NCBI GenBank assembly: GCA_049970055.1
Contig: JBMFNR010000004.1
Coordinates: forward strand, 71,647 to 135,646
DNA length: 64,000 nt
Source: Fervidobacterium sp.
Lineage (GTDB): Bacteria > Thermotogota > Thermotogae > Thermotogales > Fervidobacteriaceae
Direction of reading: 5' to 3'
Both the position numbers and the translations under genes were made by a program. Numbering within the stretch: position 1 is the stretch's first letter; each line of letters starts with the position of its first letter. The notes beneath the pieces are model-generated. The model made no database searches, was not told where the DNA came from, and saw only the letters and a program-made list of their open reading frames with translations. Shown one piece after another: positions 48,287 to 59,007 of this stretch.

Positions 48287-48606
48287 ATTGGTTTTCCCCT
48301 TCCATCTTGCCTTTTCACACGCATTCCTTCACGGACGGGGGTTATACACGCACGAATATTTGGAATCCCATCAATCTCGACAAGGCATGCTGAACATTTT
48401 CCAATAGCACAGAAAAAACCTCTTGGATGGTTATGTTCTGTGAAACCAAAAATATCAATACCATTTGCTATCAGTGCACTTGCAACTGTATCGTCTGGAA
48501 ATGCACAAATAGCTTGGTCTTCAAAGTAAAATGTTACGTGTGGTTTTTTTTCTAGGTCTTCCACATTTATAATAGGATGTTTTACTATGCGACTACCCCT
48601 ACTCAT
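48280..48606 (-). CDS. [2Fe-2S] protein (Fer2_4, HcnA/SoxA-N-like)
   Basis: TVASAL, FCAIGKCSAC, RAC. Confidence 0.88.
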   Translation of the reverse strand: MSRGSRIVKHPIINVEDLEKKPHVTFYFEDQAICAFPDDTVASALIANGIDIFGFTEHNHPRGFFCAIGKCSACLVEIDGIPNIRACITPVREGMRVKRQDGRGKPIW

Positions 48607-48821
48607 CTATCCCCCTCCCAGAAGCTCAGAATACAATTTTAATTATACTTCTTTGATAAATTTAAACAAAACACCAAATTCATTCGTTATGCTAAGAAAA
48701 TGATAACCATAGTTGAAAACTTAAAAATTGCACTTGTTTGTGCTATAATGATAATTGAATGGAAACTAAATGAAAATTAAATGGATATTGATAAATTAAG
48801 CACAAGTTTGGGGTGAATTGT

Positions 48822-50009
48822 ATGGTGAAAGTCGCAAAGGTAATACTAAAAAAAGATATCAGGCGCCGAGTTCTAAATGGCCACCCATGGATTTATGATA
48901 ACGAAATTCAAAAGATCGATGGAAATTTCGAAAATGGAGATATAGTCCACGTATTTACGTTTGCAAACCAATTTCTTGGCACTGGTTACATTAATACAAA
49001 CTCAAAAATTACCGTAAGAATTCTCTCAAGAAAGCCAGTAGAAGTAAACAAGCAGTTCATTGAAAGTAGAATAAAAGATGCTTTGAAAAACAGATACAAA
49101 ATAGTACAAGAAAGTGCTTATAGAGTTTTCTTTGGAGAGGCCGATGGGTTGCCAGGATTAATTGTCGATAAGTATGGTGAGTACCTAGTTGTTCAATTCA
49201 ATACCTTGGGAATAAACAGACTTAGGGACGAAATATTGGATGTATTGGTAAAATACTTTAATCCGGATGGCATTTTCGAAAGAACAGAAGGCGGCGCTGT
49301 GAAAAAAGAGGGACTAGAAGAACATACTGGATGGATATACAAAAATGGTCCTGAACTGATACCCTTTGAAATGAACGGAATCAAATTTTTGGCGGACACA
49401 AAAGGTCAAAAAACCGGAGCCTTCTTGGATCAGAGAGAGAATGCTAAAAGATTGATAGAATTTGCTGAGAAGAAAGAATGCTTAGATTGTTTTTCTTACA
49501 CCGGTAATTTTGGAATGCATTTGCTGAAAGGTGGAGCGAAGCACGTTACCTTTGTTGACTATTCGGATAGGGCGATAGAAGTAGCAAAAGAGATTGCCAA
49601 GTTAAATGGTTTTAATAACTGTTCTTTTGTGGTAGCAAACGCATTTGATTTTCTAAAAGAACAATTCGAAAAATCCAAATTTTACGATATAGTAGTACTT
49701 GATCCTCCCTCATTTGCAAAAAGTGCATCGAGTAGGGATTCAGCATTTAAAGGATATAAGGAGATAAATTACAGGAGCATGAAAATACTCAAAAATGAGG
49801 GTATTCTCGCAACTGCTTCATGTACGCAGGTTGTGTCTCAACAAGAATTTGAAAACATAATTGTTGATGCGGGAATTGATGCAAAAGTAATGATAAGATT
49901 ACTTTACAGAGGAGGTCAATCTGTTGATCATCCTCAGGTTTACAATATCCTTGAAACAATGTATCTAAAGTTTCTTATACTGCAAACAACACATCTGGGT
50001 AAATGGTAG
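48822..50009 (+). CDS. rlmI: RlmI-family SAM-dependent rRNA methyltransferase
   Basis: PUA-like GHPWIY, EADGLPGL, GQKTGAFLDQ, FSYTG, LDPPSF. Confidence 0.85.
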   Translation: MVKVAKVILKKDIRRRVLNGHPWIYDNEIQKIDGNFENGDIVHVFTFANQFLGTGYINTNSKITVRILSRKPVEVNKQFIESRIKDALKNRYKIVQESAYRVFFGEADGLPGLIVDKYGEYLVVQFNTLGINRLRDEILDVLVKYFNPDGIFERTEGGAVKKEGLEEHTGWIYKNGPELIPFEMNGIKFLADTKGQKTGAFLDQRENAKRLIEFAEKKECLDCFSYTGNFGMHLLKGGAKHVTFVDYSDRAIEVAKEIAKLNGFNNCSFVVANAFDFLKEQFEKSKFYDIVVLDPPSFAKSASSRDSAFKGYKEINYRSMKILKNEGILATASCTQVVSQQEFENIIVDAGIDAKVMIRLLYRGGQSVDHPQVYNILETMYLKFLILQTTHLGKW

Positions 50010-50061
50010 TTTCATATAATTCACGAAATTGCGCTAATAATTAAGGTAAGGGGGAGCTAAA

Positions 50062-51885
50062 ATGAATGAGACAAAGATATTGTTGATATTAATTGTTTTG
50101 ATTTCCAATTTACTGTTTTCTGGTGCTTTAATCCTTACTTTAAATGGTATCTATGATGAAGCTGGTAATATTATAAAAAGTGGTAATTTCAACGACTTGC
50201 TATTCGATGGTAAAAGTGTTTACTATATACTTTCCGACGGTATTTACACACTTGATGGACGCACTAAAATCGATATTAAATCTGCTCAAAAGATCGGTCT
50301 AAATTATGTAACCGATGGTATTAAAGTGTATAAAATTGAAAATGGAAGTGCAAAAGCGGTTGATACTATTCCGAGGAATGTAAAGAATATCTATGTGAAA
50401 GATGATTACATCATTGGACTAGAGAATGGACAGCTTGTGTGCTATTATCAAGGCAAAGTGATGTGGTCTATGGAAACACCTGCCACAAGTTTCAAAGTTA
50501 GTGGCAATTACCTTGCAGTATTTGGTACCCAGACAATGCTTTTTAATATCAGTAACCCACAATATTTAAAATTCGAAAGGAATTATAATAAAAGGTATAT
50601 TGATTATGCTTACTTTTTTGAATACCACGCTTTTAGCGACGGAGCAAAGATATACATCTACAAAGGTGCTTCGATGTTGAGCACAACATTCCCTTACAGA
50701 GGGCCTCTCTTTTCCGACCTTCAAAACTTGTATTCTGGTAACTTAATGGTTACCTCGGATATGATTCAAAAGGATTTAAAAATAACAGCTAAAACGTTAG
50801 TGCCGTTTTCTTTATCCGGGACAACAAATGTTGCTGCTCAGGAAGAAAAGATGCCATCAAGCACTGTAAGTCAAAAAAATCAGGAAAGTACTCCAAGTAC
50901 ACAAGCTGAACAGAAGCAGATTGAACCAGAAGTATTTAAACCTACTGAAGAGGTGTATACCACAAAAACTTTAAAAATGTTTGAATTGGTATGGAAAGTT
51001 TTATTAAATGATGATATTTCCGGTAAACCTGCGGTTAAAGGTGATAATTTGTACATTCCGACATTGAAAGGTACGGTAGTAAACATTTCACAAGGGAAAA
51101 TTGTATGGACATTCAAGGCAGGTTTTGTTATTGTTGGACATGTAACTATAGGGAACAATGTATATGCAGTATCCTGGGATGATACGATATATGCTCTCAA
51201 CGAAGATGGTGTGCTTAATTGGAAAATTAAATTAGATGGAGATATTTCACAAGGACCAGCTTGGGATGGCTATTATCTATATGTTGTTACAGACAATGGG
51301 ACGGTGTATGTTATACGAGATGATGTAAAAAGTGCAAAGATAACAAATACGTACAAGACAGCAGCGTATCCCATTTTGCCACCATCCGTCTCGTTGGCAG
51401 GCAAAATTTTTGTCATCGATGGTTTTGGAAATCTTTGGAAAGATAAATCAACGGTAGGTTACATTGGTAAATTGAAAAACCTGCCGATACTTTACGAAAA
51501 TTACTATTTAACTCAGGAACTTGGATTTTCATTGATCGACGAAGTTGGAGTACTCCATCAGTTTATACCATTGGAAAAAGAAACACAAATTTTGAAAGGT
51601 AAAGCAAATTTCATCACCGTCAATGATATAATTGTCGATGCTGTCTTGGGCAAAGAATACATTTACGCATTAAGCAATTCAGGAAAGCTGTATGTTATTG
51701 GAAGGGATACGAAAAAGGTAGTTTTTACAGACAATATTCCAAATGCAAAATATTTATCTTTAAGCAACAAAAACCTTTATGTCTTTGGGAAAGAAGTTAG
51801 GTGCTACTTTGTAAATGACAATCCATCGGGACTGTGGAATAGCTTATATGCGAACCAATTTAACTGGAACTCGGCAGTTAAGTAA
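50062..51885 (+). CDS. Exported PQQ-like beta-propeller protein (two domains joined by an S/T/Q linker)
   Basis: Signal peptide; GKIVWTF and GVLNWKI propeller blades. Confidence 0.7.
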   Translation: MNETKILLILIVLISNLLFSGALILTLNGIYDEAGNIIKSGNFNDLLFDGKSVYYILSDGIYTLDGRTKIDIKSAQKIGLNYVTDGIKVYKIENGSAKAVDTIPRNVKNIYVKDDYIIGLENGQLVCYYQGKVMWSMETPATSFKVSGNYLAVFGTQTMLFNISNPQYLKFERNYNKRYIDYAYFFEYHAFSDGAKIYIYKGASMLSTTFPYRGPLFSDLQNLYSGNLMVTSDMIQKDLKITAKTLVPFSLSGTTNVAAQEEKMPSSTVSQKNQESTPSTQAEQKQIEPEVFKPTEEVYTTKTLKMFELVWKVLLNDDISGKPAVKGDNLYIPTLKGTVVNISQGKIVWTFKAGFVIVGHVTIGNNVYAVSWDDTIYALNEDGVLNWKIKLDGDISQGPAWDGYYLYVVTDNGTVYVIRDDVKSAKITNTYKTAAYPILPPSVSLAGKIFVIDGFGNLWKDKSTVGYIGKLKNLPILYENYYLTQELGFSLIDEVGVLHQFIPLEKETQILKGKANFITVNDIIVDAVLGKEYIYALSNSGKLYVIGRDTKKVVFTDNIPNAKYLSLSNKNLYVFGKEVRCYFVNDNPSGLWNSLYANQFNWNSAVK

Positions 51886-51916
51886 GAACTGGAAGTTTTA
51901 AGTGGATGGTGGTTTA

Positions 51917-52474
51917 ATGAGGCTTCTTGGTAATTTTACTTACTATTCAGTATGTGTGCCCATACATCAAAATCATTTAGTATTTGAGTTACGCTCCTCA
52001 TGGGTACCTCAGCCTCTTGAAATCTCTTTTCCAGGTGGGAAGATTGAAGAAGATGAAACACCATATGAAGCAGCGATAAGAGAACTTTACGAAGAAATAG
52101 GTGTTGGAGCAGGAAAAAAACTTTTTGATATTGAACCGATTGTTACTCCGTTTAACACAGTTATTTTTTCCTACGCTGTCGAAGTAGATTTATCAAGCTA
52201 CAAATTAAACAAATCGGAAGTTTTAGATATATTCACCGTACCTATAGACCATTTTTCAAATCCATATAAAATGGTCAAAGTGGATGTTACACTTAATCCT
52301 TCAGAGGATTTTCCGTACGAGTTAATTCCACATGGAAGAAATTATCCGTGGAAACGTGGAACTTACGAAATAATGTTTTACAAATGGGGGGGACATGTTA
52401 TCTGGGGAATAACGGCAAATATTGCTCATCGTGCATGGGAAATATTTGAAAAAATTGAAAAAGACCAAAGTTAA
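51917..52474 (+). CDS. Nudix hydrolase, CoA-pyrophosphatase-like
   Basis: ISFPGGKIEEDETPYEAAIRELYEEIG, IWGITA. Confidence 0.85.
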   Translation: MRLLGNFTYYSVCVPIHQNHLVFELRSSWVPQPLEISFPGGKIEEDETPYEAAIRELYEEIGVGAGKKLFDIEPIVTPFNTVIFSYAVEVDLSSYKLNKSEVLDIFTVPIDHFSNPYKMVKVDVTLNPSEDFPYELIPHGRNYPWKRGTYEIMFYKWGGHVIWGITANIAHRAWEIFEKIEKDQS

Positions 52475-52501
52475 AGTCAACTGAAAAATCAAGGGGGGAC
52501 A

Positions 52502-54022
52502 ATGGTGTTTTATAGCATAAAATCCGCTGTGATTTTTGGAATTACTCCATTATTGGTTACAGTAGAGGTTGACATAAATACGCGTTCTGCCAAGCGTGAT
52601 ATAAACATCGTAGGTTTGCCAGATACCTCTGTAAAGGAAAGTAAACAAAGAATAATTAGTGCTTTGAAAAATTCAAATATATCTGTTCCGGATGGGTTAA
52701 TTACTGTTAATCTTGCACCAAGTGACGTAAAAAAAGAAGGTACATTTCTTGACTTGGCAATAGCCCTCGCAATCCTTGGAGCATCTAGATCAATACCTCA
52801 AATCGATGGCATTATCCTTGGTGAACTTGGATTGGATGGAACGATCAGAAAAGTAAAAGGTGTTTTTCCGATACTACTGGAGTTTCAAGATGAAAACTTA
52901 ATATTTATTATTCCGCAAGAGAATTATAGTGAAGCTTCTGCGACAAATGCCAAGTTTATAACTTTCTCTACTCTCTATCAAGCTGTCCATTCGTTAAGAT
53001 CTGGAAATTACGAACCTGATCGTAATAAAAATATTCTAGACAACTTTTTAGACGAAAGTTTTGAAGAAGATTTTTCAGATATCAAAGGACATGATTTTGT
53101 CAAAAGGGCGTTCGAAGTTGCCGCGGCTGGAGGTCACAATTTGCTTATGGTAGGACCTCCCGGAACTGGTAAAACGATGTTTGCTCGTAGGTTTCCAACG
53201 ATACTAACACCAATGGAGAAAAAAGAAATCATCGAAACGTCCAAAATATACAGTGCAGTAGGATCGCTTGAATTACTGATTACAAAGAGGCCGTTTAGAA
53301 GTCCTCATCATACGTCAAGTGCGGTAGCTATTATTGGCGGTGGAGCAAATGTGAAGCCTGGTGAGGTAACACTCGCACATAACGGTGTACTATTTTTGGA
53401 TGAGTTACCTGAATTCAGAAGGGACGTACTTGAAGCTCTTAGAGAACCATTGGAAGATGGAGTTGTCACAGTTTCACGTGCTAGAGGTAGTCATGTATTT
53501 CCTGCGAATTTTCAGCTCATTGCGGCGATGAATCCGTGTCCATGTGGTTACTATGGCGACAAGGAAATAGCTTGTAAATGTTCGCCGTATGAGATAAAAA
53601 GGTACTGGAAAAATATATCTGGCCCGATTTTGGATAGAGTGGATATACAAGTTCAAGTACCAAGGATCTCATTTGAAGAGATGAGAAAAAAAGACGGCGG
53701 AGAAAGTAGCAAGACCATAAGGGAGAGAGTTATTAAAGCTCGGCAAAGACAAATTGAAAGGTACAGGGGGGAAAAAGTAAACTTAAACGCAAAATTAACT
53801 CATAAAATGGTAGAAAGGTACGTAAGGCTTAGCGATGAGGCAGAGCAAATTTTAAAGTTATACGTGCAAAAATACAAACTGTCTGGTAGGGCTATCGACA
53901 AAGTTTTAAAAGTAAGCCAGACGATTGCAGACCTTAGCAACAAAGATATCGTTGAGCTTAGTTGTATTAGTGAGGCTTTGCAATATAGATTGAATAATTT
54001 AAACGTAGATTTTATATTATAA
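52502..54022 (+). CDS. comM: YifB/ComM Mg-chelatase-like AAA+ ATPase
   Basis: NLAPSD, GPPGTGKT, PFRSPHH, FLDELPEF, NPCPCG. Confidence 0.9.
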   Translation: MVFYSIKSAVIFGITPLLVTVEVDINTRSAKRDINIVGLPDTSVKESKQRIISALKNSNISVPDGLITVNLAPSDVKKEGTFLDLAIALAILGASRSIPQIDGIILGELGLDGTIRKVKGVFPILLEFQDENLIFIIPQENYSEASATNAKFITFSTLYQAVHSLRSGNYEPDRNKNILDNFLDESFEEDFSDIKGHDFVKRAFEVAAAGGHNLLMVGPPGTGKTMFARRFPTILTPMEKKEIIETSKIYSAVGSLELLITKRPFRSPHHTSSAVAIIGGGANVKPGEVTLAHNGVLFLDELPEFRRDVLEALREPLEDGVVTVSRARGSHVFPANFQLIAAMNPCPCGYYGDKEIACKCSPYEIKRYWKNISGPILDRVDIQVQVPRISFEEMRKKDGGESSKTIRERVIKARQRQIERYRGEKVNLNAKLTHKMVERYVRLSDEAEQILKLYVQKYKLSGRAIDKVLKVSQTIADLSNKDIVELSCISEALQYRLNNLNVDFIL

Positions 54023-54037
54023 AGGAGGAGTAAAATT

Positions 54038-55516
54038 ATGGAAGAACTAAAAAACTATTATCGAAAAATTGCAAGATACTCAAGTGCTGCCTCACTTTTG
54101 TATTGGGATATGCAAACTTACATGCCACTACATGCTGGACCGTATCGTGCTGAGGTTATCTCTGAGATTAGCTCATGTGCTTTTAGACTGTTAGTTGATA
54201 ATGCACTTGGAAAAATGCTTGAAGAAGCCATTCCAGAAAGTGATATAGACAAGGCTATGATAAAAGTTGGTAAAAAAGATTATGAAAAATACAAAAAGAT
54301 CCCGGTTGAAATTTTTGAAGAATTATCGAGAACATCAGCTATTTCTGAACAAGAATGGCAAAAAGCCAAACCGACTGGTGATTTTTCAAAAGTAAGGCCG
54401 CATCTTGAACGCTTGGTTGAATTAAACCAAAAAATTGCCGAAATACTCGGTTACAAAGATGAACCATATGATGCTCTACTCGATCAATTCGAGCCGGGTA
54501 TGAGTGCGAAAAAAATAGAAAATATACTCTCGCCCCTAAAAGAATTTACAATACGCACATTGGAAAAGATAGAAAAGCACGCACCAAACAAACAAAACAA
54601 TAATATTTTCTCTGTGAACATTGATTCACAAAGACAAAAAGAATTTTCTGAATGGCTCATAAGATATCTTAATTACGATTTGCAAAAGGGAAGACTTGAT
54701 GTTTCCACTCATCCTTTTACAAATCCCATAGGTCTGAACGACGTCAGGATAACGACAAGATATATAGAAGAAGATATAAAGTATTCTATATACTCAACCA
54801 TTCACGAATTTGGCCATGCCATTTATGCTTTGTCAATTCCTGAAGAGTTTTATGGACTACCAATAGGTTCGAGTGCTTCTTATGGTTTCGATGAAAGCCA
54901 ATCGAGATTTTGGGAAAACATAGTCGGAAGAAGCCTTGCGTTTTGGAAAGGTATATATGAAAAATTTATAGAAATATTCCCGGAGTTCTCCCAATACACT
55001 GTTGAGCAATTGTGGAAAGGTGTAAACGAAGTTAAAAGGTCTTACATACGAACGGAAGCAGACGAAGTAACCTACAACTTGCACATTGTATTGAGATTCG
55101 AGATAGAGCGTGGCTTAATCAACGGAGAATTGAAAGTTGCTGAATTACCCGATGTATGGAACGAGAGGTTTGAAAAATACATTGGGCTTAAGGTAACATC
55201 GAACACGATTGGATGTATGCAAGATCCCCACTGGTATGGTGGTTCATTTGGTTACTTCCCCACTTACTCACTTGGTAACCTTTACGCTGCTCAAATATTT
55301 GAGAAGTTGAGGGAAGAAATTGATTTCGAGAACACAGTAGAGCAATGTAACTTTGAACCGTTGAAAAATTGGCTTAGAGAGAAAATATATTCAAAAGGTA
55401 GAATTTACGAGCCTGAAGAATTAATGATACTAATCACATCGAAACCACCGTCATACGAACCTTTCATGAGGTACGTTAAAGAGAAATATACCATGGTGTA
55501 TGGTGTTGAAATTTAA
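54038..55516 (+). CDS. M32 carboxypeptidase
   Basis: HPF, DVRITTR, HEFGH, DESQS, IRTEADE, QDPHW. Confidence 0.95.
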   Translation: MEELKNYYRKIARYSSAASLLYWDMQTYMPLHAGPYRAEVISEISSCAFRLLVDNALGKMLEEAIPESDIDKAMIKVGKKDYEKYKKIPVEIFEELSRTSAISEQEWQKAKPTGDFSKVRPHLERLVELNQKIAEILGYKDEPYDALLDQFEPGMSAKKIENILSPLKEFTIRTLEKIEKHAPNKQNNNIFSVNIDSQRQKEFSEWLIRYLNYDLQKGRLDVSTHPFTNPIGLNDVRITTRYIEEDIKYSIYSTIHEFGHAIYALSIPEEFYGLPIGSSASYGFDESQSRFWENIVGRSLAFWKGIYEKFIEIFPEFSQYTVEQLWKGVNEVKRSYIRTEADEVTYNLHIVLRFEIERGLINGELKVAELPDVWNERFEKYIGLKVTSNTIGCMQDPHWYGGSFGYFPTYSLGNLYAAQIFEKLREEIDFENTVEQCNFEPLKNWLREKIYSKGRIYEPEELMILITSKPPSYEPFMRYVKEKYTMVYGVEI

Positions 55517-55585
55517 TACTCAACACATTATTTGAAAAACGTTGAACTTATTAAATACTATCTCATTAACAGTCCTTGCGAGAAA

Positions 55586-55622
55586 TTAAAAAGTTCGTGC
55601 TTTACAGCACGAACTTTTTTAA
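55586..55622. terminator. Bidirectional terminator
   Basis: aaaaagttcgtgc/gcacgaactttttt between convergent genes. Confidence 0.85.
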
Positions 55623-55623
55623 T

Positions 55624-57051
55624 TTAAAATATCCGTTTGTATTGGTCATATCCTCTAACAACTTCGTTAAATGGTTTAAGAATTCTGAAGGATCTTTCTA
55701 AAATTTGAAGTTTCAAAACACCACTTGTTAATTTAAATTTCTCTCCAGTGAACAAATCAACGAAGGAAGTTCTATCAAGCAATCTTCCATCTTTTATTAC
55801 AACGGCGATGTTTTTAGTTTTACCCGGATTTATCGCCACTACTATACTATCAAGTGTGTTTAGCGACTTTCTTATAAAAACTAAGGGATTATCCATAAGG
55901 GTTTCAAAGTTTCCTACTTTTAGTGCTGTCTCTGTTTTCCTTAAATTTATCATTTTTCTATAGAACTCGAAAAGTTCAGTATCCCAAGACTTTTCATTCC
56001 AAACCATTGTCCTCCGACACTCTGGATCTTTACCTCCAGTGAGCCCTATTTCTGTTCCGTAGAAAATTACAGGGACTCCTGGGAATGTAAATTGGATGAC
56101 TATGGCAAGTTTTCTTAATTGCTTATCTGGTAAAGTATTAGCGATTCTTTCCGTGTCGTGACTATCGAGCATATTCCAGCACCCGTAAATATTTTTTGTT
56201 TTTTTAAAAACTTCCTCCAAAACACTTCCTGGATTTGATAGCTCGTTTTTTAAATAGCTTAACGTAATTTCTCGTAAGTTGTAGTTCATAATTCCGTCTA
56301 CCATATCCCATCTATCCGGATATGTCCAAAGCTCACCAACGACGTATTTTTCTAATGAAAAACTTTTTACGATTGAAGATATACGCGCATTGTTAACAGG
56401 GCCGAGATCTTGTCCACAATCTAAACGGAATCCGTCAATCCCAAGTTCGAGATAATACTTTAAAACCTCAGATATATGGTTAATTACAGCATTTTCTTCT
56501 AAATAAAGCTCCGGAAGTGAACGTATACCCCACCATCCTCTATGACCATCTTCATACATCGAAAACCTACTTACATAATCTTTTGAACCACGTTTTGCTT
56601 TCAAAAACCAAGGATGGTTAGAGCCCACGTGGTTAAATACACCATCCAAGATCAATTTCATATTATTTTTCTTCAAAACTTTTATCAAGTTTTTTAGTGC
56701 ACTTACACCACCGAACTGTGGGTCAACTTTAAAATAATCAGTTACATCGTACTTATGATTCGACGGAGATCTAAAGATGGGCGTAAGATAAATGGTGTTG
56801 ACACCAAGTGCTTTTAAATAATCTAAACGTTCCGCAATTCCCCACAAATCCCCACCGTAAAACACCTTATTTTGTTTTCCATCACCAGTACTTACGGGTA
56901 TTTCATTCCATTCTTTTATAATTCCATCTTTGTAAAGAGCCACCTTGCCCTTGATGCCTTTTCCCTTGCCAATCGCAAATCTGTCTGGAAAAATTTCATA
57001 TACGACACTTTCGTAAACCCAGTAAGGAGTAGGGTAGATCAAACTCATCAC
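55624..57051 (-). CDS. GH13 glycosidase (neopullulanase/maltodextrin glucosidase-like), cytoplasmic
   Basis: IFPDRF, SNHKYD, DGVFNH, DGFRLD, GELW, DSHD. Confidence 0.9.
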   Translation of the reverse strand: MMSLIYPTPYWVYESVVYEIFPDRFAIGKGKGIKGKVALYKDGIIKEWNEIPVSTGDGKQNKVFYGGDLWGIAERLDYLKALGVNTIYLTPIFRSPSNHKYDVTDYFKVDPQFGGVSALKNLIKVLKKNNMKLILDGVFNHVGSNHPWFLKAKRGSKDYVSRFSMYEDGHRGWWGIRSLPELYLEENAVINHISEVLKYYLELGIDGFRLDCGQDLGPVNNARISSIVKSFSLEKYVVGELWTYPDRWDMVDGIMNYNLREITLSYLKNELSNPGSVLEEVFKKTKNIYGCWNMLDSHDTERIANTLPDKQLRKLAIVIQFTFPGVPVIFYGTEIGLTGGKDPECRRTMVWNEKSWDTELFEFYRKMINLRKTETALKVGNFETLMDNPLVFIRKSLNTLDSIVVAINPGKTKNIAVVIKDGRLLDRTSFVDLFTGEKFKLTSGVLKLQILERSFRILKPFNEVVRGYDQYKRIF

Positions 57052-57105
57052 CTCTTATTGTGCTGTTAGAATCAACTTTTAGGCATGATACAACCCAAGC
57101 TTATG

Positions 57106-57149
57106 TTTAGCATAAAAGGCTGTGCAAGAACACAGCCTTTTATGCTAAA
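57106..57149. terminator. 19-bp perfect hairpin between the nucleotidase and GH13 genes
   Basis: tttagcataaaaggctgtg-caagaa-cacagccttttatgctaaa. Confidence 0.7.
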
Positions 57150-57167
57150 AATTAGCGATGAAATTTC

Positions 57168-58967
57168 TTATGAAGCTTTTTGCATTAATTTCAAATATTC
57201 GAAGTAAGGTACTAAGTACTTTATTTTAACTCCAGGTGTTAACGTTTCAGTGTTGTTCAATCTTTTTAAATCATTAACGTCAACGTTGAGTTTGTTTGCA
57301 ATACTTTCAAATGTATCACCTTGCTGAACGGTGTATTCCATTTCTACGTAAGTTCCCCAGTTATTATCTACTGTGGCTTTTATCTCTTTGCTTTCGATTA
57401 CGTAATTTGACATCAGTTCAGCCATTTCAATAAGAACTTCCCTAAGTACTGGTTTTCCTTGGAACATACTGTATCCACCGCCACCACCGGCACGATAGTT
57501 ATTCAAAACGACTTCGTATTCACCTTCCATGTCAATAGGTTTTCCCTCAAACATCAAATCAACAATTCTATCACCAGTTGGTCTGTTAAGTACTATCTTG
57601 TACGAAATGCCTTCCCACATGTCATAGTTATATCTTTGGACCTTTGGTTCAACCCATGTTTTGTTTTCCTTTGCAAAGCCATTTTCGAAAACAAAATAAT
57701 CTGCACTTCTTTCTAAAGCCGCTTTGATATCTTTTCCTTTAACTTTTATAACTTTCAATGTATTAGGATAAATGTACACTGCATTGATATCTCTTAAAGT
57801 AATCGGCCCGGATTTCCAACCTTTTACTTCGTCTGTGAACAATGCAGTTGAAGAAATCTTTGCGCCCGTGTAGTACATTTGAACCTTATTAACAAATTCC
57901 ATTAAGGGATTGTCCCAAAGTCTTGCTGTAAACGGGTTTTCTACGTAAAAATCACCTTTAGCGTATCCAACAGCTGTATCCAGCCACTTTTGAGTTTTCT
58001 CTTCGTACTCTTTTGCCAATGCTAATATCTCAGGATCTGCTTCATATTTTGAAACATCTATCAGTTCTGCCTTCGAATCTTTTATAACCCATTTTCCTTC
58101 TTCAGTTTTTTCTAAGGTTATCGTTATTTTTCCAAGCATCTTTCCCCAGTTCGATGGTTGTGTAATGGCAACATTTCCGATCTTTGTTGCAATACTTCTG
58201 TGTTGGTGTCCTGTTAATAACACATCGATACCGGGGACTTGAGTGGCAAGTTCATAGCCTTGATTTTCTCCAACAAGAGGTTCAGTGGGATTCCCCGTTG
58301 CAGGATCTCTTTCTAACCCACCATGGTAACTTACAATGAGCACATCACACAAATCACGGAGCGCTTCGACGTAATTTTTGGCTACTTGTACTGGATCAAG
58401 GAATTTCAACCCGGCAATATTTCTTGGGTCTTCCCAATTTGGAATAAATTTTGTTGTAACTCCAAGTATGACGACGGTTACACCACCAACGTCAATGAAT
58501 TTATATGGCATAAAATATGGCGAATCTTGTTGATCCACTATATTTGCACTTAATATCGGAAACTCAGCTTCACTTATAGCCTTATTGAGTACCTCAAGGC
58601 CATAGTTGAATTCGTGATTACCAATCGTTCCAGCAACATAGCCAAGTTTATTCATAACAAGAATCATCGGATCGATTGGTTCGTTATCGAATCTTGCATG
58701 GAAATATTCCATAGGGCTTCCCTGGATCAAATCACCACTATCAATTAATATAACATTTTCATCACCATACTGTTTTTTAATTTCTTTGATAGCGGTGGCA
58801 ACCTTTGCAATTCCTTGGTTAGCTGGTTTATTTGTGGCATAGTTAATCGGATAAATAAAACCATGTAAATCACTCGTGTGGAGTATAACAATCTGTTTCG
58901 CCTCAGCAAACAGCAGTATAGTTAAAAACACTAACAGTAAAGCCGTAATTTTCCTGATACCCTCCAT
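57168..58967 (-). CDS. Exported 2',3'-cyclic-nucleotide phosphodiesterase/nucleotidase (CpdB-like) with C-terminal LysM
   Basis: HTSDLHG, DSGDLIQG, GNHEFNYG, TGHQH, NNYRAGGGG; YTVQQGDT LysM. Confidence 0.88.
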   Translation of the reverse strand: MEGIRKITALLLVFLTILLFAEAKQIVILHTSDLHGFIYPINYATNKPANQGIAKVATAIKEIKKQYGDENVILIDSGDLIQGSPMEYFHARFDNEPIDPMILVMNKLGYVAGTIGNHEFNYGLEVLNKAISEAEFPILSANIVDQQDSPYFMPYKFIDVGGVTVVILGVTTKFIPNWEDPRNIAGLKFLDPVQVAKNYVEALRDLCDVLIVSYHGGLERDPATGNPTEPLVGENQGYELATQVPGIDVLLTGHQHRSIATKIGNVAITQPSNWGKMLGKITITLEKTEEGKWVIKDSKAELIDVSKYEADPEILALAKEYEEKTQKWLDTAVGYAKGDFYVENPFTARLWDNPLMEFVNKVQMYYTGAKISSTALFTDEVKGWKSGPITLRDINAVYIYPNTLKVIKVKGKDIKAALERSADYFVFENGFAKENKTWVEPKVQRYNYDMWEGISYKIVLNRPTGDRIVDLMFEGKPIDMEGEYEVVLNNYRAGGGGGYSMFQGKPVLREVLIEMAELMSNYVIESKEIKATVDNNWGTYVEMEYTVQQGDTFESIANKLNVDVNDLKRLNNTETLTPGVKIKYLVPYFEYLKLMQKAS

Positions 58968-59007
58968 ACCTTTCCCTCCTCTTTTAGAATAATTTTAAAG
59001 GATGTGG

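Noticed and set aside
48696..48714. Fur-box-like GAAAATGATAACCATAGTT upstream of the Fe-S dehydrogenase operon
   Set aside because: 14/19 match in very AT-rich DNA with poor symmetry; not distinguishable from chance without a genome-wide model.
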